From NCBI GenBank assembly GCA_019912845.1, contig JAIOHU010000194.1, positions 38,603 through 102,602 on the forward strand: a stretch of 64,000 nt of DNA, given 5' to 3'. The notes beneath the pieces are model-generated. The model was not told where the DNA came from, ran no database searches, and saw nothing but the letters and a program-made list of their open reading frames with translations. This document shows, piece by piece, positions 28,658-39,011 of the stretch; position 1 is the stretch's first letter; every line of letters begins with the position of its first letter. A program made the translations under genes and the position numbers. This DNA comes from a bacterium. Lineage in GTDB: Bacteria; Electryoneota; Electryoneia; Electryoneales; Electryoneaceae.

Positions 28658-29179
28658 ATGCAACATATCGAAATACCGGAATCATGGGATAAAACAGTCG
28701 CAGTTTTCGGCGGAAGTGACTGGGATGTGGAGAGTGACAACTGGACTTTGGGAATTGAGATCGGACGTTTGCTGGGACGGCTCGGTTTAAAGGTCGTGAA
28801 CGGTGGCTATTCCGGCTGTATGGAAGCTGTCAGCATCGGGGCGAAGGATACCGGCAGCACGACAATAGGTGTCCTGCATACATCGCCAGAAGAAAAACAA
28901 GCAAACGATTATATAGATGAATATATCCTGGCATCGGATTACCTCGACCGTATGCGAATTCTGATGAGTGTTCCTATCGCGGTTGTCCTTCCAGGAAAAA
29001 GCGGGACGTTAGCGGAGGCTGCCGCATCCTATGCATTATTAAAACGCAACCCGGAACGTAAACTGATGATCTTCGCGCCCTATTGGGAGGATAAACTTCG
29101 TCCGATGTTCGAACAGTTTGAAGGAAACGAAATCCTGCCCGAAGGTTTGCACTGGTTTAACGATCCTGTTGAATTGTAG
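28658..29179 (+). CDS. LOG/TIGR00725-like Rossmann-fold protein
   Basis: GG-rich nucleotide-binding motifs (VVNGGYSGCMEAVSIGA, VVLPGKSGTLAEAA) resembling the PGGxGTxxE motif of the LOG family. Strong ribosome-binding site GGAGGAGG. Confidence 0.5.
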   Translation: MQHIEIPESWDKTVAVFGGSDWDVESDNWTLGIEIGRLLGRLGLKVVNGGYSGCMEAVSIGAKDTGSTTIGVLHTSPEEKQANDYIDEYILASDYLDRMRILMSVPIAVVLPGKSGTLAEAAASYALLKRNPERKLMIFAPYWEDKLRPMFEQFEGNEILPEGLHWFNDPVEL

Positions 29180-29190
29180 CTGGATAACTT

Positions 29191-30003
29191 ATGTCTCTCA
29201 ACAAGATCAGAATAAAGGTAACCCTGCTGTGTGCAATCCTGCTTGGTACTCTTATTTCAATTGGATGCAAAGAGGCAGAACCCAAATTCACCCTGCTGGT
29301 CAGCGGTAACGCGCATGGTCTGGTTGACCCATGTGATTGCGAGCTTGGTCATTTGGGAGGGCTGGCTAAACGTGCGACACTCTTCCAAAAACTTGACAAG
29401 GGAAATTCTGCAATTCGTATCGAAACCGGTGGGATCGTGGATGAACTCACTGATTCAACGCGGCTTCCCTCAATCAATGAAGCACTCGATTTACTAGAAT
29501 ATGATTTCATGCTGCCATCCCAGCAGGACAGCCTGCTTTTTCATTCATCCCTGCCTTCTTCACCACTTCCTTGGACTTGGATAAAAAATCCGAATCCTCA
29601 AATGACAAAAGTTAACAACACCACAGTTTCGATTTACGGATTCCGGGATGATTGGATCACTGAAGAATCCATATCCAGGCTGCAAAATAGTCCACCAACA
29701 TCTGATATAATAATTTGGCTTACCTATCTTGAAAAAATTGATCCAGGGGAACTTCTTGTTCAGTTGAAAAACATCACGCCTGACCTTATCCTTGAAGGAA
29801 ACATTGAGTACACCAATCCTGCACCTGACACAATTCAAGGAATACCAGTCCTGCGTTGCGGTGCGGAGGGGATGGATGTTCTTGAGGTTGATGTTTTCAG
29901 AGTTGGTGAAGGCTTCCAGTTTAAACCAACCTGGCACCAGGTGGATGATAAGGTAGAAGAAGCAGCAGATGTAAAACAGGTGCTTATGACGCAGAAGAAA
30001 TAA
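29191..30003 (+). CDS. Hypothetical lipoprotein
   Basis: Signal peptide with lipobox (LISIGC). 12 nt downstream of the LOG-like gene. No recognisable domain. Confidence 0.45.
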   Translation: MSLNKIRIKVTLLCAILLGTLISIGCKEAEPKFTLLVSGNAHGLVDPCDCELGHLGGLAKRATLFQKLDKGNSAIRIETGGIVDELTDSTRLPSINEALDLLEYDFMLPSQQDSLLFHSSLPSSPLPWTWIKNPNPQMTKVNNTTVSIYGFRDDWITEESISRLQNSPPTSDIIIWLTYLEKIDPGELLVQLKNITPDLILEGNIEYTNPAPDTIQGIPVLRCGAEGMDVLEVDVFRVGEGFQFKPTWHQVDDKVEEAADVKQVLMTQKK

Positions 30004-30145
30004 AATTTTGCACGGAAGTCGTATTTATTTTGTCTAACATATTATAACATCAATTTCTTACTGGATCCCGGCCCAACACATCACCGGGATGACGCGAAGA
30101 AACGATACTATCGAGAACCTTACAACTTGAAGAGCAAGGATCATC

Positions 30146-31177
30146 TTGAAACCAGTAAATATTATCATAGCCATTGCAATCGGAATAATCCTCGGGATCG
30201 CTGGATTTGCGTTTATTTACCTGAATGGCGAAAGTGCCCACCCCGATCGCGAAGGAGATGTCCTGATCACGATCCCCCAGGGTGCTTCAGCGTATTCAGT
30301 GGGCTATACCATGCGTGACAGTACCCTCATAAACGATGTCCGGCGTTTTATCTGGCACTTGAAATTCCGTGGTATGACCAGTGATCTGCAGGCTGGAACA
30401 TTCAGACTTCCACGTTCCGCATCCATGAAGGAAATGGCGAATATCCTGGCGTACGGTGAGGAAGCGCGAGTCCTGGTGACCATCCCTGAAGGGTGGAGCT
30501 CCATGTTGATCGCTGGAGAACTTCAGAGGCAGGGAGTATGTGACAGTGTTGAGTTTATGGCTGCGGTACTTGATACAAACACGATTGCGAAAGCAGGGTT
30601 TGGCAAGCACGGGGCAGAGGGGTTTCTTTTCCCGGAAAGTTATTCTCTGCCATATACTCATCCCGCGGAAAAAGTTGTCGCCCAGATGCTGGAAACATTT
30701 ACAGCTAAAACTGGCACTGAATGGCTAAGCGAGGCAAAAATAGATAGACTGGGGCTGCATGGTATCGTTACTCTCGCGAGTATCATTCAGGGTGAGATGC
30801 AGTTGAATGAGGAGGGTGGTGATATTTCTGCGGTGTACCGAAATCGTCTGAAACAAAACATGAAGCTGCAGGCAGACCCGACCATTCAATACATTGTAAA
30901 AGGTGCTCCGAGACGTTTATTGTTATCAGACCTGAAAATTGATTCGCCTTACAATACTTACAAGTATAAGGGTTTGCCACCGGGACCGATCAACAACCCT
31001 GGACTGGTTGCACTGAAAGCAGCGATCAATCCTGCCGAGAAAAACTGGATATTTATGGTGGCACGTGGCGATGGTGGGCATACCTTCACCACCAACTGGC
31101 AGGATCATCTCAAAGCAAAAGAGCGGCTCGATGCCATTAGACGGCAGGTCGCTCGTAATGAACAAAATCAAGGCTGA
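30146..31177 (+). CDS. mltG: Endolytic murein transglycosylase MltG (YceG family)
   Basis: N-terminal transmembrane anchor plus the conserved DPTIQYI and YKGLPPGPINNPG motifs of YceG/MltG. Confidence 0.85.
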   Translation: MKPVNIIIAIAIGIILGIAGFAFIYLNGESAHPDREGDVLITIPQGASAYSVGYTMRDSTLINDVRRFIWHLKFRGMTSDLQAGTFRLPRSASMKEMANILAYGEEARVLVTIPEGWSSMLIAGELQRQGVCDSVEFMAAVLDTNTIAKAGFGKHGAEGFLFPESYSLPYTHPAEKVVAQMLETFTAKTGTEWLSEAKIDRLGLHGIVTLASIIQGEMQLNEEGGDISAVYRNRLKQNMKLQADPTIQYIVKGAPRRLLLSDLKIDSPYNTYKYKGLPPGPINNPGLVALKAAINPAEKNWIFMVARGDGGHTFTTNWQDHLKAKERLDAIRRQVARNEQNQG

Positions 31178-31180
31178 AAA

Positions 31181-33430
31181 TTGTCATCATATCATATAGA
31201 CCCATTGAAGGGATTGAACGGTCAGCAACTGCAAGCAGTTGAAGCGACTGAAGGAGCGGTTCTGGTGCTTGCTGGTGCGGGAAGTGGTAAAACGCGTGTC
31301 CTTGCACACCGCATCGCCCATATTATTCAAAAGGGAGATGCGAAACCCTGGCAAATCCTGGCAGTAACCTTTACCAATAAAGCTGCGAATGAATTACGTG
31401 AACGTGTTGCTGCTATCGCGCCAGACGGAAATCAAGTTGCTGCCGGCACCTTTCACTCGATGATGCTGAGACTGCTTCGACGTGAGCATAAAGCTGCCGG
31501 TTTCCCACAGGATTTTACAGTTTTTGATAGCGATGACTCAAAGCGGCTGGTAAAAATCATCCTGAACGAGATGAATGAAGATCGCTTCCGTCCCAATTAT
31601 GTCCACTCCGCGATCAGTCGCTTGAAGAATGATTTTATACCGCCAGATCAATGTGCTGAAGAAGCTCAGACTCCTCGTGACACAATGATCGCAAATGTGT
31701 ATAAGGAGTACCAGGAAAAAATCGCTCGTTTTGCTGCGATGGATTTTGATGATTTACTCAGCCGTCCCATCGAAGTATTCCGTAATCATCCTATGGTGCT
31801 GAATTTCTGGTCAAATCGATGGCGTTATATCCTCGTGGATGAATTTCAGGATACCAACCGTGTGCAATTTGAACTGGTACAAACTATCGCAGGTCCTCGA
31901 GGAAACCTGTTTGTGGTTGGTGATGATGATCAATCCATCTACAGTTGGCGTGGGGCACGTGTCGAAAACATCTTCCAGTTCAAGGAAAAATTTGATGGCG
32001 CACAGATTTTCCGGCTTGAACGGAATTATCGCAGCACCCAACCGATACTTGATCTCGCACATTCAGTTGTTTCCAACAGCATACAACGTGAAGCTAAAAA
32101 GCTCTGGACTGAACGTACCGATGGCAAAAAACCAACTGCGATTGGTCTGACCACGGATATCGACGAAGTGCGAGAAGTTGTAGACCGTATCGCACGTGAA
32201 GTAATGAGTGGCAAACGCTCTTATAAGGATTTTGCGATTCTCTATCGTACAAATGACCAGTCCCAGCTCTTTGAAGATGCGCTTCGGGCGAGACGTTTCC
32301 CCTACCAGGTAATTGGTGCACTGAAATTTCTCGACAGAAAAGAAATACGAGATATCCTGGGATACTGGAAACTGATTCTGAATCCACGTGACGATGTCGC
32401 ATTGAGACGTATTGTAAAAGAACCGCCCCGTGGAATCGGCGATACCACGATTGACAAGCTGGTAAAATGGGCGCGTGAAAATGACTCTTCGCTAACCGAG
32501 GCGTTGTCAAAGGCGCATCAGGTTCCAGGGTTGAACAGTAGAGCGGTGAATACGTGCAGGAAGTTTGGTGCTGAACTGGAAAAATGGCGTGAAGGATTGA
32601 AGGAAAAGGATCTCGGCGTCTGGGCGCAACAGATGATCGAAGAAACAGGCTATCTGGAACGTCTCGAAAAAGAGGGGAGCTTTGAAGCAGAGGGGAGAAT
32701 TGGTAACCTCGAACGTCTGGTGTCAAGTATTACTGCACACGCGGAAGAGAATGATACCGGATTACGTGGATATCTGGAAGAAGTGACGCTTGCGACAGAT
32801 GTAGATCGAATGGATGATAGCGCGGACAGTGTTTTTCTGATGACCCTGCACGCTTCCAAAGGGCTTGAATTCCCAATTGTTTTTGTGACCGGTCTTGAAG
32901 CTGGTTTATTCCCGCTGGAAAATCAGGAACAACAGGTGGAGAACATGGATGAGGAACGTCGATTGTTCTACGTTGGTGTAACTCGAGCCGAGGATGAGCT
33001 ATTCCTGACCTATGCCAAGCAGCGTAGACGTTGGGGGCAGACTCGTTACACCACAGTGAGTAATTTCTTGCGTGAAATCCCAAAGGAAAGCGTAAATTGG
33101 GAAGGACTGCACCCCTACAGTGAAAACCAGGTTCGTACCATGTCCCTCGATATGTTTCAGTCTGGCGGCGGCTGGGATTCGTCCACACGAAATACGAGCG
33201 CAAGTAACAGCGCATCAATACGTGCTACTGGCAGGGCGAGGGTTAATCCGGATGATATTCCAGCGATTCATGTTGGAGATCTGGTTGAGCATGAACGTTA
33301 TGGACAGGGTATTGTAGCGACACTGACACGTTTCCGTGAGACACACAAGGTGACAGTGCAATTTGATCACGGCTTCCAGACCTTTGTACAGGATAAGGCG
33401 AGATTACAGCCTGTGAAGAAATTCAAGTGA
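31181..33430 (+). CDS. pcrA: ATP-dependent DNA helicase PcrA/UvrD (superfamily 1A) with a C-terminal Tudor-like tail
   Basis: Helicase motif I (AGAGSGKTRVL), the DEFQDTN box and YRSTQ motifs. ~100 aa C-terminal extension typical of PcrA. Confidence 0.85.
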   Translation: MSSYHIDPLKGLNGQQLQAVEATEGAVLVLAGAGSGKTRVLAHRIAHIIQKGDAKPWQILAVTFTNKAANELRERVAAIAPDGNQVAAGTFHSMMLRLLRREHKAAGFPQDFTVFDSDDSKRLVKIILNEMNEDRFRPNYVHSAISRLKNDFIPPDQCAEEAQTPRDTMIANVYKEYQEKIARFAAMDFDDLLSRPIEVFRNHPMVLNFWSNRWRYILVDEFQDTNRVQFELVQTIAGPRGNLFVVGDDDQSIYSWRGARVENIFQFKEKFDGAQIFRLERNYRSTQPILDLAHSVVSNSIQREAKKLWTERTDGKKPTAIGLTTDIDEVREVVDRIAREVMSGKRSYKDFAILYRTNDQSQLFEDALRARRFPYQVIGALKFLDRKEIRDILGYWKLILNPRDDVALRRIVKEPPRGIGDTTIDKLVKWARENDSSLTEALSKAHQVPGLNSRAVNTCRKFGAELEKWREGLKEKDLGVWAQQMIEETGYLERLEKEGSFEAEGRIGNLERLVSSITAHAEENDTGLRGYLEEVTLATDVDRMDDSADSVFLMTLHASKGLEFPIVFVTGLEAGLFPLENQEQQVENMDEERRLFYVGVTRAEDELFLTYAKQRRRWGQTRYTTVSNFLREIPKESVNWEGLHPYSENQVRTMSLDMFQSGGGWDSSTRNTSASNSASIRATGRARVNPDDIPAIHVGDLVEHERYGQGIVATLTRFRETHKVTVQFDHGFQTFVQDKARLQPVKKFK

Positions 33431-33481
33431 TATAGGATAATATCGAACCACTCAGTGGTTCACTTCTGGCGGAATTCAATA

Positions 33482-36400
33482 ATGAGAGCATTTTTAGTCT
33501 GTATTGCCATTCTAATCAGTTTGTTTTATATCTCTGCTCCATTCGCCCAGGCACCCTCTGCACTTCAAGCTGAAGAAGACTTTGTCTACGCCAAAAAACT
33601 GTTCGATGACAGCCATTACGACCTCTCTGCGGCAGCATTTGCGTTATATTTTTCAACCTATCCTGATGACGCCCACACAATCGACGCCCTCTACTACACC
33701 GCTGAATCATACTTCAAAATGAAAGACTATGAAGCGGCTCGAATTCACTACCAACGTCTTCTCCTCGAGTATCCAAATTCTTCACGAGCCCTGCCAGCAC
33801 TGAAATCCATTGCCTCTTGTTATGAAAAACTGGACAACAGGGAGATGTATGTACGTACCCTCATGCGTATCCCTCTTTTCTTCCCAACGTCCCCCGAAAT
33901 TCCTCAAATTCTGCTTCAAGTGGCGGATTTTTATATTGCAGAAGGCGAGTGGAACGAGGCTGAAATTCCCTTGCAACAGATAATCAACCAGTACAAAGAT
34001 TCACCGCAGTATCTTCCTGCCAAACTGGGTTGGGCGAAGTTGCTCTTTAATCGTCATCAGTTCGAGCAAGCCCTCGCTGAAGCAAAAAAAATTGCACAAA
34101 AAGAAGACTCACCGGAAATTTCAGCAGAAGCATACTACCTGGAATCGCAGTGCCTGCAGTCGCAGGGACGAACTATTGAAGCGATTGCACCAATGGAAAT
34201 TATCATTGAAAACTACAAACAGGTATCTATACGACCAAAAGCACTTTCCGCCTTGGGGAAATTTTATCTTGAAACTCACCAGTTGGAGCGTGCCTTTGAG
34301 GTACTTTCTGAAGCCACCGCCACAGAATCCAACCCGGAAATTGCGGATATCGCACGAATTCACCTGGTAGACGTTCTGTTTCTGCTCGGTGAATACACTG
34401 CCTTATTCGAAGAACTGAATCAGGTAACAGAACAATCCAGTCCTGAAGTTCTATTTCGTAAGGGATTGATTCTCGAAAAAATGCAAAGGATAGAGGAAGC
34501 TGGTGCTGTTTATCTGCAATGTTCGGAAGTAGATGATTCGGAGTTCTCCGCTTCCGCAATTTGGCAAGCGGCGGAAATTCTCAAAACTTTAGAGCTGGCA
34601 AAACGCTCCAGTGACCAATTCCTGAAGGCTGAGTCTCTATTCGAGAACGAGCAGGAAAAAGCGGAGGTGCGTTATCAAGCTGCACTTGTTCGATTCCAGG
34701 AGGATGATTCGAGTTGTGTAGCACTTCTGACCGATTTTTCTGAGACTTATCTGATTTCACCCCGCATTGATGACATGTATTACCTGCGAGCAGAGGCGGA
34801 GGTCAGACTTGGAAGGTTACCCAGTGCGTTGCTTGATTTTGAAAGGGTTGTTGAGGATTATCCATTCAGCCCGTATGCTGTGAAAGCCAGTTTACGGCTT
34901 ACTCTTCTCAAAAATCATCAGCTTCAAGCGAGCGACCCCACAAACATCATCGCCGACCTGTTAACTGAATATGCACTTGGCAATACCGGACCCGAACTGG
35001 CACTTGAGCTTGGCAAGGTCTACTTCCACGATTATCACGATTATGATCGAGCCGTTCAGCTTTTCCAGAAGGTGTACGATGATCCCGTCGCCAATGCCGA
35101 CGACCGCCTGAAAGCACAATACCTGCTGGTTGATGCCTGGTGGGAACGATTTGAACGTGAGCAACTCTGGCAGCAACTTGGTATGCCGACGGATATTGTA
35201 AAGGTGGCAAATGAAACAGTTGAAAATCTGACGGCACTTCGTAACCAAATCAACACAAAGGATGCGATAGATAAAATTGACTTACGTGTCATACAGGCGG
35301 TTGAGACCAAGCTGGAAGGCGAACCGAAAGTACGTTACGCCCGTACCGCCTGGCATGATTTTCTCCTCAAACACGAAACACACCCGGATAACGCCTACGC
35401 TATGAACCGTCTCGCCTGTGCGTATTCACAGAAACTTCCTGAAGATGAAAAAGTAGGACCGGATCAGGCGATTCGATACTGGGAAGAGGTGATAGCAACC
35501 TACCCGGGCAGTAACGAATCCGAAAACGCACAACTCGCGTTGGCAGATTATTACCTCACTAAGGGTGAGCTCAAAAAAGCACAAAATCATTACGAAAGCC
35601 TTGCGCAGGAGGGCACAGGTGAAGAAAGGGTGCAGGCGATCAGACGGTTGCTGGATATGCCGGATTTGCCGTCAAATAGAAAAATTACACTGATACGAAC
35701 CTTACTTCGAGATGCGTGGTATCATCCAGACACAGCATCGCTTCATTTTACCCTGGCGGAGTTGTTGATTGAGGAGAAACAATATCAAGCGGCTTTAATT
35801 GAGTTGAGTGAACATCGAAGAGGGTCATCTCCGGGTAATCCCGGTCTGACAATCCTTCAACCAAGAGATGCAGAACAACTGATCGCCTATGCCAGAGCGT
35901 ATGGTGGGAACGATAACCCCAAAATGGCAATGACCTTCTATCGTGCTTACCTGGAGCAGTTCCCAGAAGGATATGACGCCGTCGAATGCCATCGCAGGTT
36001 GGCAGCATACCTGAAAAAACAGGAAAATGACGACGCAGCGATGCACCATCTCGAAGCCCTCGAAGCCTTGGATGTTGATGACTCCATTCGTCTGGAAGCT
36101 CAGGCGGAAAGATGCCGTTTGTATTTCAGGCAGGAAGAATATCCCCAGGCACGTCAACTGGCAAAACAGCTCGCAATAGATTTCACCAACTCTGACAGTG
36201 CTTTTTATTACAGTCAGCTTGCGACAGTCTGTCTCTATCGCTTGAGCATGCCCGACGATGCACGTCAGGAAGCACAACAACTACGCAAGGATTACAAAGA
36301 CCGTGATGATATCGATAATGCCACAGCCCGTTTCTACCTCGAACGGGGACGGTATCATTCACGTTACAAAGAATACGAATCTGCACAGAAAGCATTTGAG

Positions 36401-37168
36401 ACAGTCATCGAATCCTTCGAGGATAGTCCCTGGGTTATCGAGGCGAAGTATGAACTGGCACGTGACTATCTGATCCGTAACATGTACGAAGAGGGGTTAG
36501 CGATCCTGACCACCCTTCCCGATCAATATCCGAATCATCCGATACTCGGTTTGGTATATGTCATTCTGGCTGGGTATTACATCGAAAGCGGGAATTTTTC
36601 TGATGGGGTCTCAACATACGAACGTGTGCTTCGGGATGAACAATATGAAAACCTCTGGCGAACAGTTTATCCATTGCAGATCAAAGCATACCGTCAAGCA
36701 AGTTTTTACGCTGGCGCACTTAAAACCACTAAAGAATACCTGGAGAAATTCCCGGACGCACCAGATGCGTTCCACCGTAAAATGGATATGGGGCAATTTT
36801 ATCTTGCGCTCGAGGAATATGACCTTGCCCGTTCACAATATGAAGCACTGAAGCCCTACGCTGACATTGAAAATGAAGCTGCCTGCCAGTTTTATATCGC
36901 TGAAACACTGGAAAAACAGGGACGGTTAAAAGAAGCAATCATCGAGTACATGAAGGTTGATTATATCGGTAAACCTACCAAACTGAACTGGGTAATCACC
37001 GCCTGGTATAACGCCGGTCGTTGCTATGAAAAACTCGATAAAGCTGAAAAAGCAGAAGAGATGTATCGCCGTATCGTTGTTCAAGAGGGTTTGGGTAGTG
37101 TCTTCGGACGGAAAGCTCAGGAGCAGATTGATAGATTGAAAGCGATGCAGGCGGGGAATTCCAATTAG
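33482..37168 (+). CDS. Large secreted TPR-repeat protein (~1228 aa)
   Basis: Signal peptide (MRAFLVCIAILISLFYISAPFAQA), then dozens of 34-residue TPR-like units with the W/Y-LG-Y-A-P pattern. No catalytic motif recognised. Confidence 0.7.
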   Translation: MRAFLVCIAILISLFYISAPFAQAPSALQAEEDFVYAKKLFDDSHYDLSAAAFALYFSTYPDDAHTIDALYYTAESYFKMKDYEAARIHYQRLLLEYPNSSRALPALKSIASCYEKLDNREMYVRTLMRIPLFFPTSPEIPQILLQVADFYIAEGEWNEAEIPLQQIINQYKDSPQYLPAKLGWAKLLFNRHQFEQALAEAKKIAQKEDSPEISAEAYYLESQCLQSQGRTIEAIAPMEIIIENYKQVSIRPKALSALGKFYLETHQLERAFEVLSEATATESNPEIADIARIHLVDVLFLLGEYTALFEELNQVTEQSSPEVLFRKGLILEKMQRIEEAGAVYLQCSEVDDSEFSASAIWQAAEILKTLELAKRSSDQFLKAESLFENEQEKAEVRYQAALVRFQEDDSSCVALLTDFSETYLISPRIDDMYYLRAEAEVRLGRLPSALLDFERVVEDYPFSPYAVKASLRLTLLKNHQLQASDPTNIIADLLTEYALGNTGPELALELGKVYFHDYHDYDRAVQLFQKVYDDPVANADDRLKAQYLLVDAWWERFEREQLWQQLGMPTDIVKVANETVENLTALRNQINTKDAIDKIDLRVIQAVETKLEGEPKVRYARTAWHDFLLKHETHPDNAYAMNRLACAYSQKLPEDEKVGPDQAIRYWEEVIATYPGSNESENAQLALADYYLTKGELKKAQNHYESLAQEGTGEERVQAIRRLLDMPDLPSNRKITLIRTLLRDAWYHPDTASLHFTLAELLIEEKQYQAALIELSEHRRGSSPGNPGLTILQPRDAEQLIAYARAYGGNDNPKMAMTFYRAYLEQFPEGYDAVECHRRLAAYLKKQENDDAAMHHLEALEALDVDDSIRLEAQAERCRLYFRQEEYPQARQLAKQLAIDFTNSDSAFYYSQLATVCLYRLSMPDDARQEAQQLRKDYKDRDDIDNATARFYLERGRYHSRYKEYESAQKAFETVIESFEDSPWVIEAKYELARDYLIRNMYEEGLAILTTLPDQYPNHPILGLVYVILAGYYIESGNFSDGVSTYERVLRDEQYENLWRTVYPLQIKAYRQASFYAGALKTTKEYLEKFPDAPDAFHRKMDMGQFYLALEEYDLARSQYEALKPYADIENEAACQFYIAETLEKQGRLKEAIIEYMKVDYIGKPTKLNWVITAWYNAGRCYEKLDKAEKAEEMYRRIVVQEGLGSVFGRKAQEQIDRLKAMQAGNSN

Positions 37169-37300
37169 GAATTAATTTGATACGTGGGAAGTTAGGAGTT
37201 AGTGTGTCGTCCAGAAATAGGTTGACAGTATTCCGCAACATCCGTAGATGTTGCGGTTGGGTAGCAACTGGATATTCTGAATAGATTATAAGACGGTAAA

Positions 37301-38827
37301 ATGAAAAGAATTTTCTGGCATAGTCGCTGGTTCATGCTGGTAAACCTGGTGCTTCTGCTCATGAACTCCACCATTTTTTCACAAATCCATATTTCTGGCG
37401 AGATCAGCGGCGTTCTCGAAGATACACTCTATATCATAGATGACGACATCACTTTGCGTGGATTTGATACTTTGACAATATCAGGCGGTGCAGAGTTGGA
37501 GTTCATGCCGGACACTTACTTTGCGATTTATGGACGTTTGATCACGGATGGTGCGGAAGGTGATACGATTCGGTTTAGGTCTCATCTGGCAGATTCTACC
37601 TGGCGAGGCATTAACTTCAGGACAGGTGGTAGAGGTGATTTTAACTACTGTCTGATCAGGGATGCCCATATTGGAATACAGGGATGGATGGGTGGAGAAA
37701 TCCGAAACTGTGTGTTTATTTATAATGATGGCGCCATGGGAAGCGCTGCCGACAGGATTTATGATAGTATAGTTCGACACAATAGGCAGGGAATTAATGC
37801 AAATGGAACTGAAGAATTTCCTGATTCTGTTATAAATTGTGATGCTTCCTACAATAGAGACTATGGCATTAATGCTAGCGGGGCAATAATTAAGAACTGT
37901 ATCATATCTTATAATGGATCCGATCCAGAAGTGGATGGCGTTGGGATATCAGCGTCTAGCCATACGGTAGTTGATTCCTGTATGATCTTCCAAAACAGGT
38001 GTTCTCGAGGTGGTGTTTATCTTTCAAATGGATCTACAATTAAAAATTCAATGATATTTGCTAACCAGGGTGAAATTGGTGGAGGAATTACCACTCATCT
38101 TAGCGGTTGTTTAGTTGATAAATGTACGATTATTGGAAACAACGTTATTTCACACCTTTCTATTGGATCCGGTGTGTGGATGGAAGGGTACAATGATGTT
38201 TTAACAAACAGTATTGTAGCATATAACACCGGATATCTTACTAATGGAGTAGATCATCATTATGTTAGAGAAGAAAATATTGTGACCTATAATCTGATTT
38301 ATGGTAATGACAACAGGCAATACCGCCAGATGGATACCACCGAATATTATTTATACCGCAACCTCAATGAGACCCCATGCGACTCATTGTTCAATATATA
38401 CCTCGACCCCAGACTGTTAGACATCGAAAATAATATATTTGAACTAACTGCAGATTCACCCTGTATTGATGCAGGTGATCCTGACCACCTTTATGATCCG
38501 GATAATACCATTACTGATATAGGCTATCATTATTATCCCCACGAAAGTATTGTTAAAAAATCGAATCTTGAGAATCAAATCGTGAGCATTTTTGATGTCT
38601 ATCCAAATCCATTCAATCAGAATCTGAAGGTGAACATTTTAACGGATGATCTTCTACCGGATGCTGAGCTGAAAATTTATGATCTGCTCGGAAGACAATT
38701 GATATCAGCTAAAATTAACAATCCCAGGCAAAGTTATAACTTCGAAGGTTTTTGCTCTGGCACTTATTTTATTAGAGTAACACAGGGGAACTACCAGGAG
38801 AGTAGAACTGTCTATCATATCAAATAA
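37301..38827 (+). CDS. Secreted right-handed beta-helix (pectin-lyase-fold) protein with T9SS C-terminal sorting domain
   Basis: Signal peptide. Repeated parallel beta-helix rungs (NCDASYNRDYGINASGAIIKNCIISYNGS...). C-terminal domain VYPNPFNQNLKVNI...GTYFIRVTQGN...TVYHIK. Confidence 0.7.
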   Translation: MKRIFWHSRWFMLVNLVLLLMNSTIFSQIHISGEISGVLEDTLYIIDDDITLRGFDTLTISGGAELEFMPDTYFAIYGRLITDGAEGDTIRFRSHLADSTWRGINFRTGGRGDFNYCLIRDAHIGIQGWMGGEIRNCVFIYNDGAMGSAADRIYDSIVRHNRQGINANGTEEFPDSVINCDASYNRDYGINASGAIIKNCIISYNGSDPEVDGVGISASSHTVVDSCMIFQNRCSRGGVYLSNGSTIKNSMIFANQGEIGGGITTHLSGCLVDKCTIIGNNVISHLSIGSGVWMEGYNDVLTNSIVAYNTGYLTNGVDHHYVREENIVTYNLIYGNDNRQYRQMDTTEYYLYRNLNETPCDSLFNIYLDPRLLDIENNIFELTADSPCIDAGDPDHLYDPDNTITDIGYHYYPHESIVKKSNLENQIVSIFDVYPNPFNQNLKVNILTDDLLPDAELKIYDLLGRQLISAKINNPRQSYNFEGFCSGTYFIRVTQGNYQESRTVYHIK

Positions 38828-39011
38828 TAGCTCTTCTCTACTTTATTTGGGTGGCTACCTAATTAATAGTGATACCATAGTCATTGAGAACGAAGTGAAA
38901 CAATCTATCTTGTTGCTAATTTCAGATTGCTTCGTCGCTTCGCTTCCTCGCAATGACTAGCAACCATAAATTCTGATAACAAACAATATATTTCATAATT
39001 GAAGAACTCGT

